Below, one piece after another: positions 1 through 12,137 of a stretch of DNA of 64,000 nucleotides. The stretch covers positions 62,374,001 to 62,438,000 of the forward strand of contig OZ076409.1 of NCBI GenBank assembly GCA_964187785.1, given 5' to 3'. Within the stretch, counting starts at the first letter, position 1; each line of letters opens with the position of its first letter. This DNA comes from Amphiscolops sp. MND2022. Lineage: Eukaryota. The notes beneath the pieces were generated by a model. The model searched no databases. It saw nothing but the letters and a program-made list of their open reading frames with translations, and had not been told where the DNA came from. The position numbers and the translations under genes are program-made.

Positions 1-12
1 GAAATCCGCTGC

Positions 13-621
13 TTCAAAAAGCTGCCAGCCTGTTGATCGTTGTGCGACAGAGACGCGTGATAAAAATATCACTGCTCTCGCCTAAAGAACCCTGTACTTC
101 CAAGGCCAACTAGAAAAAGGTTTTCGCCCTTGAAAGTGGGGACCAATATTGAAATCTCAAGGTCAATGAATCTTTTTTTTCTTTATCAGACATCATGGAT
201 TTTTGTCATCAAGTGCCATGAGTATCATCATGTTGGGGAGAGAAGACACACACCAGTGGTCTGCAACGAAGGTAGGGAACCCCATACTAGCCACTATCCC
301 AGTAGACCAGTAACAAAAATACCAACGAACAAACTACTCAAACCAGCCACTATGCAGTCGACCGGTGAAATTTTTTTATAGCTGCTTTGGTATAAAGGTC
401 AAACAAATTAGGCTATATGTAATAATCTTCTTCGAACGCATCTCTGTCGCTCACAGTTCCTAGAACACAGGCCGCAGTACCAATCTGAAGAGCCATTGAA
501 AGCCATTACTTCAAAAAGCTGCCGGCTCGTTGATCGTCGTGCGAAGGACAGAGCATTTTACAGAGACGCGTGATGAAGAATTCACTGCTCTCGCCTCAAG
601 AACCCTGTACTTTCAAGGCCA
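13..621. repeat. Diverged direct repeat (13-108 and 510-621)
   Basis: ttcaaaaagctgcc..gttgatcg..acagagacgcgtga..aaccctgtactt in both. Confidence 0.7.
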
Positions 622-1149
622 TGGTTGAAAAACGTATCCATTGTCTAGTAATTTGCAATACTTCTCGATTTTACGCGCCTCAGCCTCGGTGGCGGTGGTT
701 CCCGGGTTGCATAAGGGGCCTTGATTAGGGCGACTGGGTGCAAGGGCATCCTCAACGTTTCAATCACCAGTAATACGGTCATATTTGCATGTAATTTTAA
801 ATATTGTAGAAAGATCAGTATTGAAGCTGATACATTTATTCATTGACGACTGATTGTCCCAGTCATGATCATATAAATATTCACATGTAGCGAAATTGGA
901 AGCATCATAATAGTGATAAATGTGTTCGACGACTGATTGTGTAAGTTAAATTTACATGTGATGAGCTAACGTGTTGAACGTTACACTGGTAAATATGCAA
1001 TTGACGGCTAGTTAAGTGGTCGTTATTTGTTTGATAGCACGATTTAGTTATTGAATCATGGTATTTTCGGTATATGACAACTTGTTGTTCAATGCATTTG
1101 TTTGAAAGAAAAAGTTTTCGAAATACATAATATCTTCCATGCTGTTAGG

Positions 1150-3800
1150 GTATGAATTACTTTCTTGAGAGAGAACAAGTTGTATGGTGGGTAAACTTGG
1201 TGACTGGTTTGTGCAGGTACCGGATGTAGTGGGTGGAAAAAATCAAGCAGCAATTTGATTGGATAGGAAGACTCCTATTCAGGCAAGGTAGTCGCATATC
1301 GTTTAGGAGCTTCGATGGCCTAATTGGCTTGATGTCCTTAGTAGCCTCTGATGTGACACGCAGTCAAGGCTTTCTGGACATTGCTTTCAGGATTTGTAGT
1401 TGTTGTTGTTTTGTGGATTCCCAGATTAACTGGAGGGATTTCTCCTTATGTTTCATTAAACACATATTCAGGTGTTGCGGCAGTTTTGGCAGTCACACGC
1501 GATTGTCCAAGAGCAAATCAAGCGTTCATTGTAGAAACTTTTTATGTAGCTCCACATATAGTCCAAGAGCCGATTTTTGAGACCATCTGGATTAAAGGAG
1601 TCCCCATAGTGGGGTAGATGATTTACAACACTGCAAGTCCTGAAACAAAATTCAGAACAAGCCCGTTCTGTTTGCAAGGTGGGAAGCTTGAAACTTGTGT
1701 GTCTGCGATTGTTTTTCACTGTTTCATAAAGCTTTATTTTGCCTGTACTTGGATGCCAAACTTTTGAGAGGTAAAGAATATTATTTAGTTGCCAGAACAT
1801 TGGAAGCGGTAAAACATTGAGTTTCAGCATAAGGGAACAATAACACGAGTGAAAATCTGCAGCTATCTATTTCAAGACGCGTTTTTGGAAAGATTTGTAT
1901 ATTTCATCGAAGCTCTGGAGAAAGAAATTGAAGGAGCAGCGAAAGTGACCTTGGGCAGTAGTAGGGATTTAAAAACGGCTAGTTTTGCATCACAATTCAA
2001 GTCGAAAACATTTCGGTGAACACTGTAGAAAGTTTAACTTGCTTTCTTATTTCTCGATATCTATATGAGACATAAAGGTATTCCCAAACCTTAAACAACT
2101 TCCGACGGGATTGAGTTTGGATTGTTTAGGGAAAAAGTCTTTTTACTGCCTCGGAATTGCAAGACCAAACTTTTATCCTCGGCCAGGCGCATTTTGTTAA
2201 CAGTGATCCAGTTTCCCAAAGCTGCAAGATCTTCTGAGATGTTTTCGGTCGACTGCTGAATTGCCAGAAGTTTTAGATCACCAGCATAACGAAAACTACA
2301 TTGTTAAATATACAAATCAGCAGGGGCACCATATTTGAACCCTGTGGTACTCCACTTGTAACGGGAGACATTTAGACTGTGTGTTCCCTGATTTCACATT
2401 ATATGATCTTTCAATCAAATAATCCTTTAATTGGTCAAAAAAACATCCACCGATTCCAATTTCACCAATTTTGACTGCTAACTCAGGATGCGGAACAGTA
2501 TCCAAGGCTTTCGAGAAGTCGTTTTAAAAAGATATTACATTAGCTCGTGGATTGTCATCGAGACCATAATGAATTTCGTGGGTTTCGCGCAAGTAGGCTA
2601 GTATATTTGTTGAAACCGATCTGTTTTTTTACAAAACCATGTTGCTCTTTGGTAGCGGCTTCATCAAAAAGATTGTAAACATCTTCATTCATGCATCTCT
2701 CGAAGACTTTGCTGACAATGTTGGGAAGTGTAATCGGCCTATAATTGGAGACAATTGTTTTATCACCATTTTTATGTTTTGGAGTAATTTGACCAGTTTT
2801 CTACTTTTTTTGAAACTTTTCTCAAACGCTTAACGTTTTTGAAAAACAAATTCAGAGTGACGCTCAGCGGAGCCGCGAGTTGCTTGAAAAAGTTTGGAGG
2901 AATTCCATCCGGACTCCTTGTTTTGGAGATATTCAAATTTTCTTGGTTTGCTTTTTGGTCACTGAAACACTGATTTTTGTAAGAAAGTTTCCGGTAAAAC
3001 ATACACGATCGATGTTTTGTTTTCCATGAGATTATACTGATTGGAAATAGTCGTTCAGCAGATTGACCATTTTTTGTTTGGTGTTTGCAGATATCTCGTC
3101 GAAGTACATAGTTTTGGGTAGGGCTGGGATAATTCTGAGACATTTAAGATGTTTGCTTATGAGGTCAGCATTTCGCTAACTCATTAGTTTGTTTTGATAA
3201 TTAAGTCTGTCAGTTGTACTCGATTCTAATATACAATGTTCAATCTCTTGGAGCACGTGCTTTCGATAGCTAGATGGCTTCGATTGAAAAAGTAAGCGTT
3301 GTGTGTTTAGACGTTTCAATGCGTTTAGATGCGATGAATAGTGGGAAAACCATGTATAGCCGAGTTGCGTTGAACGTGGTATTTCTTGGACGTCGCTTTG
3401 AAATAAACGTGCTTAGGCGTTCAACATACTTTTTGCATAGGCGGAGGGGGAATCGGACATTTAGAAGTGTTTTAGGAACTTTCACGTTTTTCCGCAGTTT
3501 GTTCGGAGAGAAGGTTTTGCCACTCAATTAAAAGACCGTTTGACATAGAAAGGTTTTTCGAGACGTTTTTGGAACATACTATTCTAAACTTCACGTAAAA
3601 GTTGTTGCAGGATTCAATTGTTTAGCTAGTTCTTTGCTAATGTATCTAAAAGACCTTTCGAACAAAACTTTTTTGTCTCTGTTACTTCTGTCAATTGCGA
3701 CATATTTCATTCGCGGTGCAGTTTGTCATGACAGTTCGTTAGTTTGATATCAAACTCTATTGAAAGTATCTCGACTTGGATCTTCGTTATGAAAAACCAC
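1150..3800 (-). mobile_element. Decayed non-LTR retrotransposon (CR1/L2-like) ORF2
   Basis: Frameshifted RT motifs on the minus strand: SPDGIPP, DTVPH, ADDLK, C-terminal FCFRTCSVVNHLP. Bounds approximate. Confidence 0.8.
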
Positions 3801-3879
3801 CTATAATTTCAGCGATGATTCGGTTGATAATTTGCTTAATTATTAGGCTTAGTACCCCCATTGCAAATGTTTGAGAGAG

Positions 3880-5660
3880 AGAGAAAACACTGTATTATTG
3901 TATAGGGACAGCTGATGCCAGCATACAATAAGTGTAGATTGATTCATGCTGAAGCAAAAAAAAATTCAAGTTTTACAGGGCGATAAATCAGGTGAAGCGA
4001 AATCACGCCAAGTATGAGATGTATGGATAGGCATACGACTAAAGATAGATGCTTTCTGAGACGACTTTTGAATGTGTGTAGACTTATACTAGTGTCTCTC
4101 AAGTACAACGGTAATGAGTTCCCCTTCGAAGAAGAATGATGAAAGAAAGTACTGAAGAGAGATACATGACTTCCCACGTATATTAGCTGATTAGTGCGAT
4201 TGTTCCACCAAAAATCACCGCAGAAACTTTTAAAGTGCTCTGGAAGGCTTTTTTTAGTAGTTTTGAGATATTGGAACAGAAATACTAGAGATTTCAACTC
4301 GATAAGTTGCTTTATTCCAAATATTTTCTTTTTTCTCAGATCACTCGACGATTTATTAAAGCTCGAACGGAAGTAGGCCGACTTTAATGACCAATTCATC
4401 TGTTTCTCAAGGGAAAGTAGTAAAGGAGGAGATCGGAACTTTGTGTTGTATAGATTCAATAGTTTTCATTCCATGTTTTTAAAATTCTTTTTTATCTGGG
4501 TTTGGAAAGTCAAGTGTTGATCTAACGTTATTCCAAGATATTTACATTCACATTTCTTTTTGACAACTGAGGAGCACACGACAACTGTTTCGGAGTCTAG
4601 TTGCGTCTTGTCGGAGAAAAAAAATATGAATTCTGTTTTAATGCCATTCAAAATTAGTCGATGGGACTGAAAGTAACTTTCAAGTTTCAAAATATTTGTT
4701 TGCAAACATTGCAAAGCAATGTCAGGGTCCTGGTGACTACAAAAAAGCAAACAGTCATCGGCGTACTGGATAATGCGAGCTTCCTCCGTTATCTGACCAG
4801 TCAGGTCTTTGACAAATAGGTTGAAGAGCAATTGTCCTAAAACTGTGCCCTGGGGAACGCGATGCTTCAGTTCTATCCAATCCTATTTGACACCATTCAA
4901 TGAATCCTGCTGCAGTCTATCACTGGAGAAACTTTTTTATAAAGCTGATGGCCGAATATGAGAAACTAAGAGACTTGAATTTAGTTGAAAGGATTTCATG
5001 TGAAAGTGAGTCAAAAGCTTTTGATAAATCCAGCAAGACTGCATCAACTTTTTTCCATCCTGAGTTTCCTGTTGAACCGTTACGGTGAAAAACGAAACAG
5101 CATCTTTTACTGATACTTTTTTCCTAAAACCAAATTGGAGTGGAGCGAAGGGATTTTTTCTTCAATGTAAGCTGTGATTTGCCTATGAATACATTTTTCA
5201 TGGATTTTGGAGAACGTTGTTGTAATCGAAATGTAACAATAATTTTTGGGATCTAGAGTGTCATCTTTTTTGAAAATGGGGGTTATAGTCGTTCTCTTTA
5301 ACATCGTAGGAAAGACACTTTCATTAATGCACTCATTCAATATGAATGTTATGTCAGAAGTCAAAATTTGCTTTCCATCCATTATAGCCCAAGAGGGCAC
5401 CTTACAAGGACCGGTAGGTTTGTTCGGTTTCAACTCATTGATGATATCGTAACAATCTTTCACTGTGATTGGACTAAAAGAGAACGAAGAATCACCGGGA
5501 AGGAAGGATGGAACTTCATCATTGATATTACCAAAATATTGACCAAGGTTCGAAAAAATCAGGTTGAAATGATCGGCCATTTAATGTCATCAACCATCAT
5601 TTTACCGAATGAATATGTTCAGGCTCCCAACTTAACCATGTGTTTCATTCCGGAGTGATC
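3880..5660 (-). mobile_element. Decayed 5'-truncated LINE (CR1/L2-like RT)
   Basis: ITPIFKKDDTLDPKNY, VPQGTVLG, QYADD, CKYLGITLDQHLTF. Confidence 0.88.
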
Positions 5661-6289
5661 ATGAGTGTTGCTGCCTGGCTGCAACTGTTTGTCTATCAAA
5701 CCGATGTTTGTCCCTATTGTAGAGATGTCGATGATACTGCACTTTTCATATTTTCCTGTGTCTCATCCCAAGAACACTGAAGGAGTTTCATCAAGGAGCT
5801 TAAAAATAAAAAAAATTGACAAAACGCTAGTTAGTTTGCTAAATTGCGAAAACAAGCATGTTATAAGAGCGTTGGTTGGCTTTATTGCAAGCATCGATTG
5901 TTTCTTAGAACCCTGCAATCCTCACTTGCCTTCCTTCTGTGTCATTTATATTATACTATTTTCTTTGTTCTGGAATCACTGATAGAAAGTCATTTGTACT
6001 GCCACATCCCGAAGGTTAATTGATCTCTTCTTCTTCTTTGTCTAAATCGATGTAGCTCCTCGGTCCAGTCGTCTCTTGTTCGTAGTAAATTCACTGTTGA
6101 ACGGAGCGGCCTGAAGGAGTACTGCCTGTGTGATATACCGTCCGATGACAGAAACTGAAATAAGTGTTTCCAGATTATCTTCATGATCGTGTGGATAGCA
6201 GATATGGTTACACATTCCTCGTAAATTGTATTGGTTTGAAGGCATCTCAATAATCAATTTGGGAGCATGTTTTCAGAAAGATCTTGGTA

Positions 6290-7010
6290 TCACTGGTTTT
6301 GTCGATTCTATGGGAGGAAATTCCGGCAATACACAAAAAGGAAGCCGTAGTGATATTCAAAATTACAGACCGATCTCGGTTCTATCCAGGAATTCGTTGA
6401 TATTCGAAAAACTGATTTTGACTTGATTTAGAGGAAGCACCTTTACCAAATAAATTATTGCCAGCATGGTCTCCAACATGGTCAACAACGGTACTCAGCT
6501 GTTCGAATTCTTAGATTAGCTGTGTCAGAATTTTGACATCATTGAGGAGCAAACAAACGTTCACTTGGATATTATAAAAACTTTTGACTCAGTATCTCAT
6601 GCAACCTCACTTGACAAACTCTCAAGACTTGGTTTCGATGACAACCTTCGACTCGCACTCTCATATTTGCCATGTAGGACTCAAGGAGTTAGTATTGACG
6701 ACACATTATCAACTGCTGAAGTAATAAATGGAGTTCCTCAGGGCAGTGTTGTGTGTCCTCTTTTTACTTCATAAAGACAACATGCTCGTTCTCCAGGTTT
6801 CTCTCACTGCTACTGCTGCGCTGATGATGCTAAAATCTGCTCTAGTTTGATCCTGAGAAGCTCCCGTCAGATCTGAGCGCAATGTCTCCTCGGGGCTTAT
6901 GACAACCAAGCGACGTACCACAAAGACAAATGCTGCTATTTGTTTCTTCAGAAAACGAAATGTTGTCATTTAGTCTTGGACATCAAACGTTGCAGCAAGC
7001 CTCAAGGGCG
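6290..7010 (+). mobile_element. LINE RT fragment
   Basis: NYRPISVLS, DIIKTFDSVSH, GVPQGSV, ADDAK across frames. Confidence 0.8.
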
Positions 7011-7529
7011 GTCAATCTAATATTATGTTTTCTAGTATTATATCATTTAATATATATTTTCTAGTATGCTCATTTTGCGAGAGGATTGGTTACGTATAAA
7101 TAGTAAAAGAAAGTATTCATTGTTGGATACAGTTATGTTAGGCTTCAATGATGAGTGATTGAAAAACAGTTGTCAATGGATTATTTCCGAGTTAACACTC
7201 ATCATCAGCAGAACATCTTGAAATACAAAAATCAAACGAGGCTCCTGCGAAAAGAAAAAAACAGCATGATGTGAATTTATCCACATCAATACAATTTTCA
7301 AGATACGCGAAAGTTGAGGCGCTTCAGTTGGATGTTGTTCAATGATCTGATTCACGGTATCACGGATTATGAATCCATAAAAATTTCACGGATTTTGATT
7401 CGTCTCTAGCCTTTTTGCTGTCTCGGGGCCATCATGGAATGCTGTCCAGCTAGACGTAATGTGATGGATCCGATGAACCGTACCCAGAATGTTTCGTTTG
7501 TATTTCGTGAATAGTTTCAAATTTGCTAT

Positions 7530-10470
7530 GATGACTGACGAAACTGGCTAGTCGAGGACAAATTTTGAATCTGGGGTGGGTGGGAAGGACTACTATCCAC
7601 AAGTGGATGAGTTGGTTCAAGCTTCACCACAAGAACTCAAAGCTTTGACAGGAAAATTAAGCAAGACCTGGCTGATGTGTCTACTGAAAGACACTGTAGA
7701 TCATCTTAAAAAGCTGAGTCCTCCATTACAGTGTTTGAATAAATAAACACAAAAATTGATGAAGTTTAGGATGTTTTGGTAAACAAATTCGACAACCCAT
7801 CCCCCCATCCCGAAGCAACGTGCAAAAATGATATCAATATGACCTTTGACTCTATGCTGAGAAAGTCACCAGAAGAGCGTGATCATGACGCTAGTGCTTC
7901 TAAATCTGTTGGTTTCTCTAGTGTAGTGTATAGCAATGATGACAACGAAGTGGTTTCTGATTTGATGACAACTTTAAAGATACCGCAGAGCTATGTTAAA
8001 CGTTCAACTCGTTTCGGAAGGAAAAGCGCTGCTTTTTCTCCTCCTCGTCCACGTCCAATTGAAGTCCTACTAGATTGTGAACATGACAAGAGACTTCTCA
8101 TGGCAAATTCATATTTATTTAAAAAAGAGTCATATTTTTGTGAAACCCAAACTCAAGTGGTTTGACCGGCAGAATAAAAAGTCTTGACTGAAGTTACGCT
8201 ATGATCTTAACCAACATGGCTTTGATCGGAAACTATTCAGAATTAGAGATTTGAAACTATTTTATTAGGGAGTTGAAATCAAGGATCGAGGTTCCTTTGA
8301 AAGTATCTCTGCCAATCTAAGAACAAAATGTATTACCACTGAGGGAAAGCAAACAGATTGACTTATCAGTTCCAAATATCTTTTATTCAACACTTCAACA
8401 ATCGTGGTCTTGATACCATCGCGAAGCAAAGTAAATTATTGGATTTTGTTAGTGTTCATAACTTGGATATCTTACTAATAACCGAAACATGGCGGACTGA
8501 GAATATGAGCTGTTCACGTTTTGACATGTTCAAATCTATTGCAAGAAGTGATAGACAAAATGGTCCTCGTGGAGGTGTTGCTATTCTCAGCAGGCTAACG
8601 TGTAATATTCTTGCAGAAGAAATTAGTTCAGATGATTTCGATTTTGCAGCTGCTGCTGTTATTCAGCTTCCTGGTGGTTGGCGGTGGGCGTTTGGATCGA
8701 ATGAATTTGCGCGAATATGCAGCCTGTCATTGAGATCGAAGTAAAATCGTCAAAGAAAATGAGATCGAATCTATGTTTTCAAATACCTAGTGTTTTTAAA
8801 TAACAATGTTTTTGGCCGTCGGATATGCCCCAATTTCCTCTAGTGCCCCGCGGCCCCTTGGGGCCGCTTTTCTTCCCATCTTGCTAAGCGAGGTCGAACA
8901 GGAGCAAAGACCTAGCGGGAACGGAGATCGCGAAGCGATCGTAGTGGGAGCTGGTCTTTGCGACGGTGAGGGCGAGCGTGCATACACCCTATATGACCCC
9001 ATATTAGGCGGAGAAAAGTACCTAAAATATTTTAAACTCTTTGCAGGAGCAGAAACCTAGCAAAAACGGAAAAATTCGATCTCAAAAGCTTCGATCCATT
9101 TTCGATCTCGCTTTTCGATCACACAAAAATTCGATCCAAAAATACCCCACCCTGGTGGTTGAGCTATTTTGATCATTTTGGTTTATCTACCATATCCTAG
9201 TCCTTACGAAGTTTCTTTTGAAGTTATGGAACGTTTAATCGACTCAATCTTCAGTTCTTTTAAAAAAAAGTCGGTTCAGAATAATACTCTCACTCTGTTT
9301 GGGTCTTAGGAGATTTCAACTTTCCGTCAACTGATTGGAAAGTAATGCAGAGCCACAGTAACCGAGAACACCAGTTTCTTGATCTTTTTTCTTAGTACGG
9401 ATTGTCCCGTCTGTCTTCACACTGTCCCTCTCTCCACCAAGATCAAGGGTACAAATGATATAAGTGATCACTATCCAATAATTCTGAACTTAGAGAATGC
9501 TGTTCAACCCAACTCTTCACGTATGTTTTTCTCCATCAGTGAGGGGAAGGAAGTTTTCGAAAAATCGTGGATTCATTTTACATATGAGCCCTATCTAAGT
9601 AGAGCAAATGTGGTTGATTTCTAAATTATCTTTGGTATAGTATCGAAACTTCATTCAGTAGAAAGAGGAAAAAAAGCTTAGCCAACCCGTTCTACCAATC
9701 TTCCAAAACAATGCATACGCTCAACAAGTTGAACACTGCGAGAAGAAAAACTGTTAAAAATCCTTGTAAAACTAACATTGAATCTGTCGAAAAACTCCAA
9801 GTGGAGTTTTGTAACTCAGCGGAATTTGACCGAATGTTATTCGTTACTGGAAATTCCACGCCTCTGCCTGACTGTTTCAGTCGCTTAAACAGCCTCAACA
9901 CAAATACATACCCTATGGTGATGAGCTATAATGACAACTGCTTGAAGACCGTACCTCAAATAGCAATTGCCTTCAATTATTACTTCTCCAGCAATTTCAA
10001 TCATACAGAAATTCCTGCTACAGTTTATGAATCAGATGGCTCACTCAAACTTGATGATATTCTTCCTCTCCTTAAATCTCTCAATTATTCGTGAGATGAT
10101 ACTCGATATGAAAGACTGCCCGATGATTACAAAATGCTTTCCTCCCCCCTAAGTTACTGAAACTCTGTCCTGATGTTTTTGCAACCCTTCTTCATCCTAT
10201 TTTTTTGTTCGATAATTCTTACGAGATCTTACCCTGAAGTTTAGAAAAGTGCTTTGTTACGACCAATTTTCAAGAATGGGGCTCAAAACCTCATTGTTAA
10301 ATACCGTCCCATTAGTCTCCTACCGAAATGCTTGCTATTGTTTGAGGTGTACAGGCACATTTATAGCCACGTTTGGATGAAAATACACCCTAAACAGTTC
10401 GGCTTTCAGTCAAGAAAAAATTTGTCCCACAGTTAATAGACTACCTAGAATATGCACATAGAATGAAGAC
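7530..10470 (+). mobile_element. Decayed LINE (ORF1 remnant, APE endonuclease, start of RT), 3'-truncated
   Basis: PRPIEV (ORF1-like); ITETW, GGVAI, GDFN, SDHYPI (endonuclease); YRPISLL, QFGF (RT). Confidence 0.82.
8680..9151. mobile_element. MITE with 9-bp TSD (Mutator-like) inserted in the LINE endonuclease
   Basis: ctggtggtt at 8671-8679 and 9152-9160; imperfect TIRs gg..tttggatcgaa / ttcgatccaaa..cc. Confidence 0.8.
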
Positions 10471-10705
10471 CTTTGTGGGTCAGGGACATTTCGTCACCAG
10501 CCATTTGTGCGACAATATGGCGTCGGTCACATGGGCGACAAAAATGTCGACCAAATGGGGTGATCAAATTGATCAATTAACTGATATGTTTAAAGAGGTT
10601 GGCATATTTGTTGTATAGCGCGGTCAACCCAACAAAGAAGATCCATAATATCTATTAGCGGAGAAAATACTTTTAGACATGAATGAAACAAAGCTGTGAT
10701 TAAGA

Positions 10706-10837
10706 ATGACGTCTTTCTTCCGCGGCTTACAATTTGTCCTTGAGTTCGATCCAGGAGACTCATATCAAGTCAAGTCTTCCACAAAGAAACTAATCAAAGA
10801 TCATGGAGGATGCGTATCATACTCTGTCACTAAACAC
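10706..10837 (+). CDS. PARP4: PARP4 exon 1, BRCT N-half (MTSFFRGLQFVLEFD...LIKDHGGCVSYSVTKH)
   Basis: ATG at 10706, BRCT F-x-G and GG motifs, donor gtaagt at 10838, phase 0. Confidence 0.85.
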
Positions 10838-10913
10838 GTAAGTCATTTGGTTTTCTTTTTCAAATGATTTTGAAAACGAGCTTAAACCGGTGGTTTTTTT
10901 TACAATGTTACAG

Positions 10914-11142
10914 GTTTTCGCTTTGTTATCGTCGGAGAAAGTGCTTTCAACTAACACTAGTTCCTCGTTCATCTCTAAATTACACAGCGCAGAACGACTG
11001 AATTGCCCAATCCTCTCTTTTGAATTCATCATAGCTTGTAAGAATGCTGAGCGTCTTGTGGACCCTCGTCCTTTCATTATTGCCACATCCAGTTCTAAAC
11101 TGTCTTTAACTGGGCAGAAATTCCAATCCGGGGTTATAAAAA
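10914..11142 (+). CDS. PARP4: PARP4 exon 2, BRCT C-half (..SAERLNCPILSFEFIIACKNAERLVDPRPF..)
   Basis: ttacag acceptor in frame with exon 1; resembles the BRCT C-terminal helix; donor gttggt, phase 1. Confidence 0.8.
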
Positions 11143-11222
11143 GTTGGTTTTTTCCCTTCATAATTAAATAATGTGGAATACATTTTCCGAGTCGATACGT
11201 TCATGTGTAAAGCATGTTTTAG

Positions 11223-11286
11223 TTCAACAACCTATTTTGAATCACCTGTCTTCTGCGTCGGGTAAAGAAGGAAACATTGAAATCAG
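11223..11286 (+). CDS. PARP4: PARP4 exon 3 (linker)
   Basis: ttttag acceptor, open frame, donor gtattt; phases 1 and 2 bridge exons 2 and 4 exactly. Confidence 0.65.
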
Positions 11287-11384
11287 GTATTTAGAGTCTA
11301 AACTTCTGTAGCTTTGACCAGCACAATGATACTGACAATGAGTTAAACTAGATTTTGACATTCTTTTTATTCAATTTGTTTCAG

Positions 11385-11472
11385 CAAACCAGCACCATTG
11401 AAAATGAAATTTAATGCAATTGAATACGTGGACTCACAGGAGTACAATGTTGTCAAATACAAGCTTCTCAAG
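11385..11472 (+). CDS. PARP4: PARP4 exon 4, start of WGR-like domain (..SQEYNVVKYKLLK)
   Basis: tttcag acceptor, donor gtatgc, phase 0; resembles PARP4 FEVAKYNTLEK. Confidence 0.75.
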
Positions 11473-11544
11473 GTATGCTAGTTTTTTGTGATTTAGATAC
11501 GCACTGTTGTTATGTTCGCTAGGGTACTAAATTTTACAATTTCA

Positions 11545-12137
11545 CTAAGGGACAGAGTGTTGGTTTTTTTTCAAATTATTTTTTGGTCCCCGGGAAGTCG
11601 CATAGTGCCGAAAAATGTAAAAGAGGGCCCTTTGGGAGTTTTGAACATCCATTCTTTTTCCAAATAGAAAAAAAATGAATAGAAAAAAAATGAGAAGGGA
11701 GGAGTCTTTAAAAATAATTTCGAAAAAAAACAAAAATGAGAATTTTGAACAATCTCATAGTGCCGAAAAATCTGAAAGAAGGGACACTTTGGGATTTTTT
11801 AACATTCGTTCTGTTGCAAAATACCAAAAAAATGAAGGGAGGAATCTTTGGAGACAATAAAAAAATTTGCGAAAAAAAAGTCTCACAAAAAACATGCACA
11901 GAAAAATTTTTGGTCAAGGGCGGGACTCGAACCCACGTCCTTCTGCTTGGCACACCTCAAAAAAGCCGTAGCCTCGATGCCAAGTGCCAGTAGAAGTAGT
12001 GTGGCACAGCTTAGTGTTAGTGCAAGTCAGCTTATAAAGTTTATAACACATGACATTATAACATATGTCAGTTCGTTGGTCTTAAAAAAAGTCACTACTA
12101 TAATCTGCTTTTTTCTACGAAAAAGCGCCGACTAAAA
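11545..12137 (-). mobile_element. HINE-like family A copy (partial) carrying a tRNA-like B box
   Basis: agtgccgaaaaa / ccctttggga core repeats; ends gcgccgactaaaa. Confidence 0.65.
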
